Below are positions 45,995-60,800 of a DNA stretch of 64,000 nucleotides, in pieces (position 1 is the stretch's first letter; every line of letters begins with the position of its first letter). Position numbers and translations under genes: made by a program. This DNA is from Squalus acanthias (lineage: Eukaryota). The stretch is taken from assembly GCA_030390025.1 (NCBI GenBank), contig CM059443.1:40672001-40736000 (forward strand), written 5' to 3'. Under the pieces are notes generated by a model, which ran no database searches, was not told where the DNA came from, and saw only the letters and a list, made by a program, of their open reading frames with translations.

Positions 45995-47649
45995 CCCCCT
46001 CCCTGCTACCCCACTCCCTCCTCTCCTCTCCTCCCTCCCTACCTCCCTACCTCCCCCCTCCCTGCTACCCCACTCCCTCCTCTCCTCTCCTCCCTCCCTA
46101 CCTCCCCCCTTCCTGCTGTGTGTGTGTCAGTGTGTGTGTGTCAATGTGAGTGTGCGTAAGTGTGAGTGTGTCAGTGTGTGTGTGGGTGTGTGTGTGTCAA
46201 TGTGAGTGTGCGCGAGTGTGAGTGTGTCAGTGTGTGGGTGTGTGTGAGTGTGTGTGAGAGTGTGTGAGAGTGTGTGTGTGTGTGCGCGTGAGTGAGTGAG
46301 TGTGTGCGTGTGAGTGTGCGTGTGAGTGAGTGTGTGCGTGTGAGTGTGAGTGAGTGTGTGCGTGAGTGTGCGTGTGAGTGTGTGCGTGTGAGTGTGCGTG
46401 TGAGTGAGTGTGTGTGTGAGTGTTTGTCAGTGTGTGTGTATTTGTCATGTGTGTGTGTCAGTGTGTGTGAGTGTCAGTGTGAGTGTGAGTGTGTGTGTGA
46501 GTGTGTGTGTGAGTGTGTGTGTGTTTGTCAGTGTGTGTGAGTGGGTGTGNNNNNNNNNNNNNNNNNNNNNNNNNNNNNNNNNNNNNNNNNNNNNNNNNNN
46601 NNNNNNNNNNNNNNNNNNNNNNNNNNNNNNNNNNNNNNNNNNNNNNNNNNNNNNNNNNNNNNNNNNNNNNNNNNNNNNNNNNNNNNNNNNNNNNNNNNNN
46701 NNNNNNNNNNNNNNNNNNNNNNNNGTGTGTGTGAGTATTTGTCAGTGAGTGTGTGAGTGTGTGTGTGTGTGACTGTGTGCGTGAGTGTGTGCGTGAGTGT
46801 GTGCGTGTGAGTGTGTGCGTGAGTGTGTGCGTGAGTGTGTGCGTGTGTGTGAGTGTGTGTGTGCGAGTGTGTGTGCGTGTGAGTGAGTGAGTGAGTGAGT
46901 GTGCGCGAGTGTGAGTGTGTCAGTGTGTGGGTGTGTGTGAGTGTGTGTGAGAGTGTGTGAGAGTGTGTGTGTGTGTGCGCGTGAGTGAGTGAGTGTGTGA
47001 GTGTGCGTGTGAGTGAGTGTGTGCGTGTGAGTGTGAGTGAGTGTGTGCGTGAGTGTGCGTGTGAGTGTGTGCGTGTGAGTGTGCGTGTGAGTGAGTGTGT
47101 GTGTGAGTGTTTGTCAGTGTGTGTGTGTATTTGTCATGTGTGTGTGTCAGTGTGTGTGAGTGTCNNNNNNNNNNNNNNNNNNNNNNNNNNNNNNNNNNNN
47201 NNNNNNNNNNNNNNNNNNNNNNNNNNNNNNNNNNNNNNNNNNNNNNNNNNNNNNNNNNNNNNNNNNNNNNNNNNNNNNNNNNNNNNNNNNNNNNNNNNNN
47301 NNNNNNNNNNNNNNNNNNNNNNNNNNNNNNNNNNNNNNNNNNNNNNNNNNNNNNNNNNNNNNNNNNNNNNNNNNNNNNNNNNNNNNNNNNNNNNNNNNNN
47401 NNNNNNNNNNNNNNNNNNNNNNNNNNNNNNNNNNNNNNNNNNNNNNNNNNNNNNNNNNNNNNNNNNNNNNNNNNNNNNNNNNNNNNNNNNNNNNNNNNNN
47501 NNNNNNNNNNAGAGAGAGAGAGAGTGGGAGACGAGAGAGAGAGAGAGACCAGAGAGAGAGTGAGAGAGAGAGACCAGAGAGAGAGTGAGAGAGAGAGAGA
47601 CCAGAGAGAGAGAGAGCGACCAGAGAGAGAGTGAGAGAGGAGAGACCAG
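45995..47649. repeat. CT-rich, GT-rich and GA-rich simple repeats interrupted by gaps
   Basis: Direct inspection; about 46205-46475 is duplicated at about 46898-47164. Confidence 0.9.
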
Positions 47650-48857
47650 NNNNNNNNNNNNNNNNNNNNNNNNNNNNNNNNNNNNNNNNNNNNNNNNNNN
47701 NNNNNNNNNNNNNNNNNNNNNNNNNNNNNNNNNNNNNNNNNNNNNNNNNNNNNNNNNNNNNNNNNNNNNNNNNNNNNNNNNNNNNNNNNNNNNNNNNNNN
47801 NNNNNNNNNNNNNNNNNNNNNNNNNNNNNNNNNNNNNNNNNNNNNNNNNNNNNNNNNNNNNNNNNNNNNNNNNNNNNNNNNNNNNNNNNNNNNNNNNNNN
47901 NNNNNNNNNNNNNNNNNNNNNNNNNNNNNNNNNNNNNNNNNNNNNNNNNNNNNNNNNNNNNNNNNNNNNNNNNNNNNNNNNNNNNNNNNNNNNNNNNNNN
48001 NNNNNNNNNNNNNGAGAGGTTTAGGGAGGGAATTCCAGAGCTCGGGGTCTCGGCAGCGGAAGGTACGGCCGCCAATGGTGGAGCGATGGAAATCATGGAA
48101 GCGCAAGAGGCCAGAATTAGACGAGCGCAGAGATCTCGGAGTGTTGTAGGGCAGGAGGAGTTTACAGAGATAGGGAGGAGACGAGGCCATGGAGGGATTT
48201 GAAAACAAGGATGAGAATTTTAAAATCGAGCATCAAGCAAGGAACGGTTCCAAAGGGCATGAGCTCTGATTGCATCATAAACCAAGGGACAACCGCGCGG
48301 GACAGGAAGGGGATTGGGGGTTGAAGGGAGCGATTACACAGACCAAAGAAACGCTCAGCAGAGCTCCGAGTCGGTCAGTGGGACGGCCCCACCAACCTCA
48401 CACAAAGTCGCGGTTAATCAGGAATTGGGGTCCAATCAGCTTCGGCCTTCAGCTCATCACCAGAATCCTGCTGCCTGGCTCCTCCCCCCAGACTCAATGC
48501 AGCCAATCAGCAAAGGCTCCTCTCCCACCTGACAGCATTTAACTCACAGCATCTGGTTACCAGGGCAACACACTTTTAATGAATTAACCACAGGCTGTGC
48601 CTCTTGGGTAAAAATCCAGCCAAAATAACTCGGAACCTGATAGAAAAATGTTACTGTAGTTGTGTTTATCTTGGAGCTCTGAGTCTCGCTCTGGCGCGGC
48701 CATGAGTGAGTCAGGAATTCCCTGCTCTGCCGATCACTTGCTCGCTGGATTATTGGGGCAGCACGAAGATAACATGTACCTCAATCTAACGGGAATCTCG
48801 CACAACACAAGGATTAAACAGACCACCACTTCACAACCGAACGGGTACGATTCAATT

Positions 48858-51800
48858 CAGCGCTGGCGGTCTGTGTGTGGGCCTGCGTACAGCGCTAACA
48901 GTCTGCATGTGGGCCTGCTTACAGCGCTGGCGGTCTGCGTGTGGGCCTGCGTACAGCGCTGGCGGTCTGTGTGTGGGCCTGCGTACAGCGCTGGCGGTCT
49001 GCGTGTGGGCCTGTGTACAGCGCTGGCGGTCTGTATGTAGGCCTGCGTACAGCGCTGGCGGTCTGCGTGTGGGCCTGTGTACAGCGCTGGCGGTCTGCGT
49101 GTGGGCCTGCGTACAGCGCTGGCGGTCTGCGTGTGGGCCTGCGTACAGCGCTGGCGGTCTGTGTGTGGGCCTGCGTACAGCGCTGGCGGTCTGCGTGTGA
49201 GCCTGCGTACAGTGCTAACAGTCTGCGTGTGGGCCTGCGTACAGTGCTAACAGTCTGCGTGTGGGCCTGCATACAGTGCTGGCGGTCTGCGTCTGGGCCT
49301 GCGTACAGTGCTGGCGGTCTGCGTGTGGGCCAGTGTACAGCGCTGGCGGTCTGCGTGTGGGCCTGTGTACAGCGCTGGCGGTCTGCGTGTCGGCCTGCGT
49401 ACAGAGCTAACAGTCTGCATGTGGTCCTGCATACAGCGCTGGTGGTTTGCATGTGGGCCTGCGTAAAGTGCTAACGGTCTGCGTGTGGGCCTGCATATAG
49501 TGCTGGTGGTGTGCATACAGCATTAACGGTCTGCGTGTGGGCCTGCGTACAGTGCTGGCGGTCTGCGTGTGGGCCTGCGTACAGCGCTGGCGGTCTGCAT
49601 GTGGGCCTGCGTACATTGCTGGCGGTCTGCGTGTGTGCCTGCGTATACTGCTGGTGGTGTGCGTACAGCGTTAACAGTCTGCATGTGGGCCTGCGTACAG
49701 CGCTGGCGGTCTGCATGTGGGCCTGCGTACAGTGCTGGCGGTCTGCGTGTGGGCCTGCATACAGTGCTGGTGGTCTGCGTGTGGGCCTGCGTACAGCGCT
49801 GGCGGTCTGCGTGTGGGCCTGCGTACAGTGCTGGCGGTCTGCATGTGGGCCTGTGTACAGCGCTGGCGGTCTGCGTGTGGGCCTGCGTACAGCGCTGGCG
49901 GTCTGCGTGTGGGCCTGCGTACAGTGCTGGCGGTCTGCATGTGGGCCTGTGTACAGCGCTGGCGGTCTGCGTGTGGGCCTGCGTACAGTGCTGGCGGTCT
50001 GCGTGTGGGCCTGTGTACAGTGCTGGCGGTCTGCGTGTGGGCCTGCGTACAGTGCTAACAGTCTGCGTGTGGGCCTGCGTACAGCGCTGGCAGTCTGCGT
50101 GTGGGTCTGCGTACAGTGCTGGCGGTCTGCGTGTGGGCCTGCGTACAGTGCTGGCGGTCTGCGTGTGGGCCTGCCCACAGCGCTGGCGGTCTGCGTGTAG
50201 GCCTGCGTACAGTGCTGGCGGTCGGCGTGTGGGCCTGTGTACAGCGCTGGCGGTCTGCGTGTGGGCCTGCGTACAGAGCTGGTGGTTTGCGTGTGGGCCT
50301 GTGTAAAGTGCTAATGGTCTGCGTGTGGGCCTGCGTACAGTGCTGGCGGGCTGCGTGTGGGCCTGCATACAGTGCTGGCGGTTTCCGTGTGGGCTTGCGT
50401 ACAGTCCTGGCGGTCTGCGTGTGGGCCTGCGTACAGCGCTAACAGTCTACGTGTGGGCCTGCGTACAGTGCTGGCGGTCTGCGTGTGGACCTGCGTACAG
50501 TGCTGGCGGTCTGCGTGTGGGTCTGCGTACAGTGCTGGCGGTCTGCGTGTGGGCCTGCGTACAGTGCTAACAGTCTGCGTGTGGGCCTGCATACAGCGCT
50601 AACCGTCTGCGTGTGGGCCTGCGTACAGTGCTGGTGGTCTGCGTGTGGGCCTGCGTACAGCGCTGGCGGTCTGCGTGTGGGCCTGCGTACAGTGCTGGCG
50701 GTCTGCGTGTGGGCCTGCGTACAGCGCTGGCGGTCTGCGTGTCGGCCTGCGTACATTGCTAGTGGTCTGCGTGTGGGCTTGCGTACAGCGCTGGTGGTCT
50801 GCGTGTGGGCCTGCGTACAGCGCTGGCCGTCTGCGTGTGGGCCTGCGTACAGTGCTGGCGGTCTGCGTGTGGGCCTGCGTACAGTGCTGGCGGTCTGGGT
50901 GTGGGCCTGCGTACAGTGCTAACAGTCTGCGTGTGGGCCTGCGTACCGTGCTGGCGGTCTGCGTGTGGGTCTGCGTACAGTGCTAACTGTCTGCGTGTGG
51001 GCCTGCATATAGTGCTGGTGGTGTGCGTACAGCATTAAGGGTCTGCGTGTGGGCCTGCGTATAGTGCTGGCGGTCTGCGTGTGGGCCTGCGTACAGCGCT
51101 GGCGGTCTGCATGTGGGCCTGCGTACATTGCTGGCGGTCTGCATGTGGGCCTGCCTATAGTGCTGGTGGTGTGCGTACAGCGTTAACGGTCTGCATGTGG
51201 GCCTGCGTACAGCGCTGGCGGTCTGCATGTGGGCCTGCGTACAGTGCTGGCGGTCTGCGTGTGGGCCTGCGTACAGCGCTAGCGGTCTGCATGTGGGCCT
51301 GTGTACAGCGCTGGCGGTCTGCGTGTGGGCCTGCGTACAGTGCTGGCGGTCTGCGTGTGGGCCTGCGTACAGTGCTGGCGGTCTGCGTGTGGGCCTGCGT
51401 ACAGTGCTAACAGTCTGCGTGTGGGCCTGCGTACAGCGCTGGCAGTCTGCGTGTGGGTCTGCGTACAGTGCTGGCGGTCTGCGAGTGGGCCTGCGTACAG
51501 TGCTGGCGGTCTGCGTGTGGGCCTGTGTACAGCGCTGGCGGTCTGCGTGTGGGCCTGCGTACAGTGCTGGCGGTCTGCGTGTGGGCCTGCGTACAGTGCT
51601 GGCGGTCTGCGTGTGGGCCTGCATACAGTGCTGGCGGTCTGCGTGTGGGCCTGCGTACAGTGCTAACAGTCTGCGTGTGGGCCTGCGTACAGTTCTGGCG
51701 GTCTGCGTGTGGGCCTGCGTACAGCGCTGGCGGTCTGCATGTGGGCCTGCGTACATTGCTGGTGGTCTGCATGTGGGCCTGCCTATAGTGCTGGTGGTGT

Positions 51801-54800
51801 GCGTACAGCGCTGGCGGTCTACATGTGGGCCTGCGTACAGTGCTGGCGGTCTGCGTGTGGGCCTGCATACAGTGCTGGCGGTCTGCGTGTGGGCCTGCGT
51901 ACAGCGCTGGCGGTCTGCGTGTGGGCCTGCGTACAGTGCTAGCGGTCTGCATGTGGGCCTATGTACAGCGCTGGCGGTCTGCGTGTGGGCCTGCGTACAG
52001 TGCTGGCGGTCTGCATGTGGGCCTGCGTACAGTGCTGGCGGTCTGCATGTGGGCCTGTGTACAGTGCTGGCGGTCTGCGTGTGGGCCTGCGTACAGTGCT
52101 GGCGGTCTGCGTGTGGGCCTGCGTACAGTGCTAACAGTCTGCATGTGGGCCTGCGTACAGCGCTGGCAGTCTGCGTGTGGGTCTGCGTACAGTGCTGGCG
52201 GTCTGCGAGTGGGCCTGCGTACAGTGCTGGCGGTCTGCGTGTGGGCCTGCGTACAGCGCTGGCGGTCTGCGTGTGGGCCTGCGTACAGTGCTGGCGGTCT
52301 GCGTGTGGGCCTGTGTACAGCGCTGGCGGTCTGCGTGTGGGCCTGCGTACAGAGCTGGTGGTTTGCGTGTGGGCCTGCGTAAAGTGCTAACGGTCTGCGT
52401 GTGCGCCTGCGTACAGTGCTGGCGGTCTGCGTGTGGGCCTGCATACAGTGCTGGCGGTTTGCGTGTGGGCCTGCGTACAGCGCTAACAGTCCGCGTGTGG
52501 GCCTGCGTACAGTGCTGGCAGTCTGCGTGTGAACCTGCGTACAGTGCTGGCGGTCTGCGTGTGGGCCTGTGTACAGTGCTGGCGGTCTGCGTGTGGGCCT
52601 GCGTACAGTGCTGGCGGTCTGTGTGTGGGCCTGCGTCCAGTTCTGGCGGTCTGCGTGTGGGCCTGCATACAGCGCTAACAGTCTGCGTGTGGGCCTGCGT
52701 ACAGTGCTGGCGGTCTGCATGTGGGCCAGTGTACAGCACTGGCAGTCTGCGTGTGGGCCTGCATACAGTGCTGGCGGTCTGCGTGTGGGCCTGCGTACAG
52801 CGCTGGCGGTCTGCGTGTGGGCCTGCGTACATTGCTGGCGGTCTGCGTGTGGGCCTGCGTACAGCGCTGGCGGTCTGCGTGTGGGCCTGCGTACAGCGCT
52901 GGCGGTCTGCGTGTGGGCCTGCGTACAGCGCTGGCGGTCTGCGTGTGGGCCTGCGTACAGTGCTGGCGGTCTGCGTGTGGGCCTGCGTACAGTGCTGGCG
53001 GTCTGCGTGTTGACCTGCGTACAGTGCTAACAGTCTGCGTGTGGGCCCGCGTACAGTGCTGGCGGTCTGCGTATGGGTCTGCGTACAGTGCTAGCAGTCT
53101 GCGTGTGGGCCTGCATACAGTGCTAACAGTCTGCATGTGGGCCTGCATACTGTGCTGGTGGTCTGCGTGTGGGCCTGCGTACAGTGCTAACAGTCTGCGT
53201 GTGGGCCTGCGTACAGTGCTGGCGGTCTGCGTGTGGGCCTGCGTACAGTGCTAACAGTCTGCGTGTGGGCCTGCGTACAGTGCTAACAGTCTGCGTGTGG
53301 GCCTGCGTACAGTGCTGGCGGTCTGCGTGTGGGCCTGCGTACAGTGCTAACAGTCTGCGTGTGGGCCTGCGTACAGTGCTAACAGTCTGCGTGTGGGCCT
53401 GCGTACAGCGCTGGTGGTCTGCGTGTGGGCCTGCGTACAGTGCTAACAGTCTGCGTGTGGGCCTGCGTACAGTGCTGGCGGTCTGCGTTTGGGTCTGCGT
53501 GCAGTGCTGGCAGTCTGCGTGTGGGCCTGCGTACAGTGCTAACAGTCTGCGTATGGGCCTGCATACAGTGCTGGCGGTCTGCGTGTGGGCCTGTGTACAG
53601 TGCTAACAGTCTGCGTGTGGGCCTGCGTACAGTGCTAACAATCTGCATGTGGGCCTGCGTACAGCGCTGGCGGTATGCATGTGGGCCTGCGTACAGTGCT
53701 GGCGGTCTGCGTGTGGGCCTGCGTACAGCTCTGGCGGTCTGCGTGTGGGCCTGCGTACAGCGCTGGCGGTCTGCGTGTGGGCCTGCGTACAGCGCTAACA
53801 GTCTGCGTGTGGGCCTGCGTACAGCGCTGGCGGTCTGCGTGTCGGCCTGCATACAGCGCTGGTGGTTTGCGTGTGGGCCTGCGTAAAGTGCTAACGGTCT
53901 GCGTGTGGGCCTGCGTATAGTGTTGGTGGTGTGCGTACAGCGTTAACGGTCTGCGTGTGGGCCTGCGTACAGCGTTAACGGTCTGCGTGTGGGCCTACTT
54001 ACAGTGCTGGCGGTCTGCGTGTGGGCCTGCGTACAGCGCTGGCGGTCTGCGTGTGGGCCTGCGTACAGTGCTGGCGGTCTGCGTGTGGGCCTGCATACAG
54101 TGCTGGCGATCTGCGTGTGGGCCTGCGTACAGTGCTGGCGGTCTGCGTGTGGGCCTGCGTACAGTGCTGGCGGTCTGCGTGTGGGCCTGCGTACAGTGCT
54201 GGCGGTCTGCGTGTGGGCCTGCGTACAGTGCTGGCGGTCTGCGTGTGGGCCTGCGTACAGTGCTAACAGTCTGCGTGTGGGCCTGCGTACAGCGCTGGCA
54301 GTCTGCGTGTGGGTCTGCGTACAGTGCTGGCGGTCTGCGAGTGGGCCTGCGGACAGTGCTGGCGGTCTGCGTGTGGGCCTGCGTACAGCGCGGGCGGTCT
54401 GCGTGTGGGCCTGCGTAGAGCGCTGGCGGTCTGCGTGTGGGCCTGTGTACAGCGCTGGCGGTCTGCGTTTGGGCCTGCGTACAGAGCTGGTGGTTTGCGT
54501 GTGGGCCTGTGTAAAGTGCTAACGGTCTGCGTGTGGGCCTGCGTACAGTGCTGGCGGTCTGCGTGTGGGCCTGCAAATAGTTCTGGCGGTTTGCGTGTGG
54601 GCCTGCGTACAGTCCTGGCGGTCTGCGTGTGGGCCTGCGTACAGTGCTGGCGGTCTGTGTGTGGGCCTGCGTACAGTGCTAACAGTCTGCGTGTGGGCCT
54701 GCATACAGCGCTAACAGTCTGCGTGTGGGCCTGCGTACAGTGCTGGCGGTCTGCGTGTGGGCCTGCGTACAGCGCTGGCGGTCTGCGTGTGGGCCTTCAT

Positions 54801-57800
54801 ACAGTGCTGGCGGTCTGCGTGTGGGCCTGCGTACAGCGCTGGCGGTCTGCATGTGGGCCTGCGTACATTGCTGGCGGTCTGCATGTGGGCCTGCGTACAG
54901 CGCTGGCGGTCTGCGTGTGGGCCTGCGTACAGCGCTGGCGGTCTGCGTGTGGGCCTGCGTACAGTGCTGGCGGTCTGCGTGTGGGCCTGCGTACCGTGCT
55001 GGCGTTCTGCGTGTGGGTCTGCGTACAGTGCTAACAGTCTGCGTGTGGGCCTGCGTACAGTGCTGGCGGTCTGCGTGTGGACCTGCGCACAGTGCTGGCG
55101 GTCTGCGTGTGGGCCTGCGTACAGTGCTGGCGGTCTGTGTGTGGTCCTGCGTACAGTGCTAACAGTCTGCGTGTGGGCCTGCATACAGCGCTAACCGTCT
55201 GCGTGTGGGCCTGCGTACAGTGCTGGTGGTCTGCGTGTGGGCCTGCGTACAGCGCTGGCGGTCTGCGTGTGGGCCTGCGCACAGTGCTGGCGGTCTGCGT
55301 GTGGGCCTGCGTACAGCGCTGGCGGTCTGCGTGTCGGCCTGCGTACATTGCTAGTGGTCTGTGTGTGGGCCTGCGTACAGCGCTGGTGGTCTGCGTGTGG
55401 GCCTGCGTACAGTGCTGGCGGTCTGCGTGTGGGCCTGCGTACAGTGCTGGCGGTCTGGGTGTGGGCCTGCGTACAGTGCTAACAGTCTGCGTGTGGGCCT
55501 GCGTACAGTGCTGGCGGTCTGCGGATGGGTCTGCGTACAGTGCTAACTGTCTGCGTGTGGGCCTGCATATAGTGCTGGTGGTGTGCGTACAGCATTAAGG
55601 GTCTGCGTGTGGGCCTGCGTACAGTGCTGGCGGTCTGCGTGTGGGCCTGCGTACAGCGCTGGCGGTCTGCATGTGGGCCTGCGTACATTGCTGGCGGTCT
55701 GCATGTGGGCCTGCCTATAGTGCTGGTGGTGTGCGTACAGCGTTAACGGTCTGCATGTGGGCCTGCGTACAGCGCTGGCGGTCTGCATGTGGGCCTGCGT
55801 ACAGTGCTGGCGGTCTGCATGTGGGCCTGCGTACAGTGCTGGCGGTCTGCGTGTGGGCCTGCGTACAGCGCTGGCGGTCTGCGTGTGGGCCTGCGTACAG
55901 TGCTAGCGGTCTGCATGTGGGCCTGTGTACAGCGCTGGCGGTCTGCGTGTGGGCCTGCGTACAGTGCTGGCGGTCTGCGTGTGGGCCTGCGTACAGTGCT
56001 GGCGGTCTGCGTGTGGGCCTGCGTACAGTGCTAACAGTCTGCGTGTGGGCCTGCGTACAGCGCTGGCAGTCTGCGTGTGGGTCTGCGTACAGTGCTGGCG
56101 GTCTGCGAGTGGGCCTGCGTACAGTGCTGGCGGTCTGCGTGTGGGCCTGTGTACAGCGCTGGCGGTCTGCGTGTGGGCCTGCGTACAGTGCTGGCGGTCT
56201 GCGTGTGGGCCTGTGTACAGCGCTGGCGGTCTGCGTGTGGGCCTGCGTACAGAGCTGGTGGTTTGCGTGTGGGCCTGCGTAAAGTGCTAACGGTCTGCGT
56301 GTGGGCCTGCGTACAGTGCTGGCGGTCTGCGTGTGGGCCTGCATACAGTGCTGGCGGTTTGCGTGTGGGCCTGCGTACAGCGCTAACAGTCTGCGTGTGG
56401 GCCTGCGTACAGTGCTGGCGGTCTGCGTGTGGGCCTGCGTACAGCGCTGGCGGTCTGCATGTGGGCCTGCGTACATTGCTGGTGGTCTGCATGTGGGCCT
56501 GCCTATAGTGCTGGTGGTGTGCGTACAGCGTTAACGGTCTGCATGTGGGCCTGCGTACAGCGCTGGCGGTCTACATGTGGGCCTGCGTACAGTGCTGGCG
56601 GTCTGCGTGTGGGCCTGCATACAGTGCTGGCGGTCTGCGTGTGGGCCTGCGTACAGCGCTGGCGGTCTGCGTGTGGGCCTGCGTACAGTGCTAGCGGTCT
56701 GCATGTGGCCCTATGTACAGCGCTGGCGATCTGCGTGTGGGCCTGCGTACAGTGCTGGCGGTCTGCGTGTGGGCCTGCGTACAGTGCTGGCGGTCTGCAT
56801 GTGGGCCTGTGTACAGTGCTGGCGGTCTGCGTGTGGGCCTGCGTACAGTGCTGGCGGTCTGCGTGTGGGCCTGCGTACAGTGCTTACAGTCTGCATGTGG
56901 GCCTGCGTACAGTGCTGGCAGTCTGCGTGTGGGTCTGCGTACAGTGCTGGCGGTCTGCGAGTGGGCCTGCGTACAGTGCTGGTGGTCTGCGTGTGGGCCT
57001 GCGTACAGCGCTGGCGGTCTGCGTGTGGGCCTGCGTACAGTGCTGGCGGTCTGCGTGTGGGCCTGTGTACAGCGCTGGCGGTCTGCGTGTGGGCCTGCGT
57101 ACAGAGCTGGTGGTTTGCGTGTGGGCCTGCGTAAAGTGCTAACGGTCTGCGTGTGGGCCTGCGTACAGTGCTGGCGGTCTGCGTGTGGGCCTGCATACTG
57201 TGCTGGCGGTTTGCGTGTGGGCCTGCGTACAGCGCTAACAGTCTGCGTGTGGGCCTGCGTACAGTGCTGGCGGTCTGCGTGTGAACCTGCGTACCGTGCT
57301 GACGGTCTGCGTGTGGGCCTGCGTACAGTGCTGGCGGTCTGTGTGTGGGCCTGCGTCCAGTTCTGGCGGTCTGCGTGTGGGCCTGCATACAGCGCTAACA
57401 GTCTGCGTGTGGGCCTGCATACAGTGCTGGCGGTCTGAGTGTGGGCCTGCGTACAGCGCTGGCGGTCTGCGTGTGGGCCTGCGTACATTGCTGGCGGTCT
57501 GCGTGTGGGCCTGCGTACAGCGCTGGCGGTCTGCGTGTGGGCCTGCGTACAGCGCTGGCGGTCTGCGTGTGGGCCTGCGTACAGCGCTGGCGGTCTGCGT
57601 GTGGGCCTGCGTACAGTGCTGGCGGTCTGCGTGTGGGCCTGCGTACAGTGCTGGCGGTCTGCGTGTGGACCTGCGTACAGTGCTAACAGTCTGCGTGTGG
57701 GCCCGCGTACAGTGCTGGCGGTCTGCGTATGGGTCTGCGTACAGTGCTGGCAGTCTGCGTGTGGGCCTGCATACAGTGCTAACAGTCTGCATGTGGGCCT

Positions 57801-60800
57801 GCATACTGTGCTGGCGGTCTGCGTGTGGGCCTGCGTACAGTGCTAACAGTCTGCGTGTGGGCCTGCGTACAGTGCTGGCGGTCTGCGTGTGGGCCTGCGT
57901 ACAGCGCTGGCGGTCTGCGTGTGGGCCTGCGTACAGCGCTGGCGGTCTGCGTGTGGGCCTGCGTACAGCGCTGGCGGTCTGCGTGTGGGCCTGCGTACAG
58001 CGCTGGCGGTCTGCGTGTGGGCCTGCGTACAGTGCTGGCGGTCTGCGTGTGGGCCTGCGTACAGTGCTGGCGGTCTGCGTGTGGACCTGCGTACAGTGCT
58101 AACAGTCTGCGTGTGGGCCCGCGTACAGTGCTGGCGGTCTGCGTATGGGTCTGCGTACAGTGCTGGCAGTCTGCGTGTGGGCCTGCATACAGTGCTAACA
58201 GTCTGCGTGTGGGCCTGCATACTGTGCTGGCGGTCTGCGTGTGGGCCTGCGTACAGTGCTAACAGTCTGCGTGTGGGCCTGCGTACAGTGCTGGCGGTCT
58301 GCGTGTGGGCCTGCGTACAGTGCTAACAGTCTGCGTGTGGGCCTGCGTACAGTGCTAACAGTCTGCGTGTGGGCCTGCATACAGCGCTGGTGGTCTGCGT
58401 GTGGGCCTGCGTACAGTGCTAACAGTCTGCGTGTGGGCCTGCGTACAGTGCTGGCGGTCTGCGTTTGGGTCAGCGTGCAGTGCTGGCAGTCTGCGTGTGG
58501 GCCTGCGTACAGTGCTAACAGTCTGCGTGTGGGCCTGCGTACAGTGCTGGCCGTCTGCGTGTGGGCCTGTGTACAGTGCTAACAGTCTGCGTGTGGGCCT
58601 GCGTACAGTGCTAACAGTCTGCGTGTGGGCCTGCGTACAGCGCTGGCGGTATGCATGTGGGCCTGCGTACAGTGCTGGCGGTCTGCGTGTGGGCCTGCGT
58701 ACAGCTCTGGCGGTCTGCGTGTGGGCCTGCGTACAGCGCTGGTGGTCTGCGTGTGGGCCTGCGTACAGCGCTAACAGTCTGCGTGTGGGCCTGCGTACAG
58801 CGCTGGCGGTCTGCGTGTCGGCCTGCATACAGCGCTGGTGGTTTGCGTGTGGGCCTGCGTAAAGTGCTAACGGTCTGCGTGTGGGCCTGCGTATAGTGAT
58901 GGTGGTGTGCGTACAGCGTTAACGGTCTGCGTGTGGGCCTGCGTACAGCGTTAACGGTCTGCGTGTGGGCCTACGTACAGTGCTGGCGGTCTGCGTGTGG
59001 GCCTGCGTACAGCGCTGGCGGTCTGCGTGTGGGCCTGCGTACAGTGCTGGCGGTCTGCGTGTGGGCCTGCATACAGTGCTGGCGATCTGCGTGTGGGCCT
59101 GCGTACAGTGCTGGTGGTCTGCGTGTGGGCCTGCGTACAGTGCTAGCGGTCTGCATGTGGGCCTGCGTACAGTGCTGGCGGTCTGCGTGTGGGCCTGCGT
59201 ACAGTGCTGGCGGTCTGCGTGTGGGCCTGCGTACAGTGCTAACAGTCTGCGTGTGGGCCTGCGTACAGCGCTGGCAGTCTGCGTGTGGGTCTGCGTACAG
59301 TGCTGGCAGTCTGCGAGTGGGCCTGCGGACAGTGCTGGCGGTCTGCGTGTGGGCCTGCGTACAGCGCTGGCGGTCTGCGTGTGGGCCTGTGTACAGCGCT
59401 GGCGGTCTGCGTTTGGGCCTGCGTACAGAGCTGGTGGTTTGCGTGTGGGCCTGCGTAAAGTGCTAACGGTCTGCGTGTGGGCCTGCGTACAGTGCTGGCG
59501 GTCTGCGTGTGGGCCTGCATATAGTTCTGGCGGTTTGCGTGTGGGCCTGCGTACAGTCCTGGCGGTCTGCGTGTGGGCCTGCATACAGTGCTGGCGGTCT
59601 GTGTGTGGGCCTGCGTACAGTGCTAACAGTCTGCGTGTGGGCCTGCATACAGCGCTAACAGTCTGCGTGTGGGCCTGCGTACAGTGCTGGCGGTCTGCGT
59701 GTGGGCCTGCGTACAGCGCTGGCGGTCTGCGTGTGGGCCTTCATACAGTGCTGGCGGTCTGCGTGTGGGCCTGCGTACAGCGCTGGCGGTCTGCGTGTGG
59801 GCCTGCGTACATTGCTGGCGGTCTGCATGTGGGCCTGCGTACAGCGCTGGCGGTCTGCGTGTGGGCCTGCGTACAGCGCTGGCGGTCTGCGTGTGGGCCT
59901 TCATACAGTGCTGGCGGTCTGCGTGTGGGCCTGCGTACAGCGCTGGCGGTCTGCGTGTGGGCCTGCGTACATTGCTGGCGGTCTGCATGTGGGCCTGCGT
60001 ACAGCGCTGGCGGTCTGCGTGTGGGCCTGCGTACAGTGCTGGCGGTCTGCGTGTGGGCCTGCGTACAGTGCTGGCGTTCTGCGTGTAGGCCTGCGTACAG
60101 TGCTAACAGTCTGCGTGTGGGCCTGCGTACAGTGCTGGCGGTCTGCGAATGGGTCTGCGTACAGTGCTGGCGGTCTGCGTGTGGGCCTGCGTACAGTGCT
60201 GGCGGTCTGCGTGTGGGCCTGCGTACAGCGCTGGCGATCTGCGTGTGGGCCTTCGTACAGTGCTGGCGGTCTGCGTGTGGGCCTGCGTACAGCGCTGGCG
60301 GTCTGCGTGTGGGCCTGCGTACATTGCTGGCGGTCTGCGTGTGGGCCTGCGTACAGCGCGGGCGGTCTGCGTGTGGACCTGCGTACAGTGCTGGCGGTCT
60401 GCGTGTGGGCCTGCGTACAGTGCTGGCGGTCTGCGTGTGGGCCTGCGTACAGTGCTGGCGGTCTGCGTGTGGATCTGCGTACAGTTCTGGCAGTCTGCGT
60501 GTGGGCCTGCGTACAGTGCTAACAGTCTGCGTGTGGGCCTGCATACAGTGCTGGCGGTCTGCGTGTGGGCCTGCGTACAGTGCTAACAGTCTGCGTGTGG
60601 GCCTGCGTACAGTGCTGGCGGTCTGCGTGTGGGCCTGCGTACAGTGCTAACAGTCTGTGTGTGGGCCTGCGTACAGTGCTAACAGTCTGCGTGTGGGCCT
60701 GCGTACAGTGCTAACAGTCTGCGTGTGGGCCTGCGTACAGCGCTGGCGGTCTGCGTGTGGGCCTGCGTACAGTGCTAACAGTCTGCGTGTGGGCCTGCGT

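Noticed and set aside
48680-48765. Minus-strand VLPQ resembling the next expected CPAMD8 exon (VLPKFE)
   Set aside because: No AG acceptor, an immediate stop, and no further similarity.
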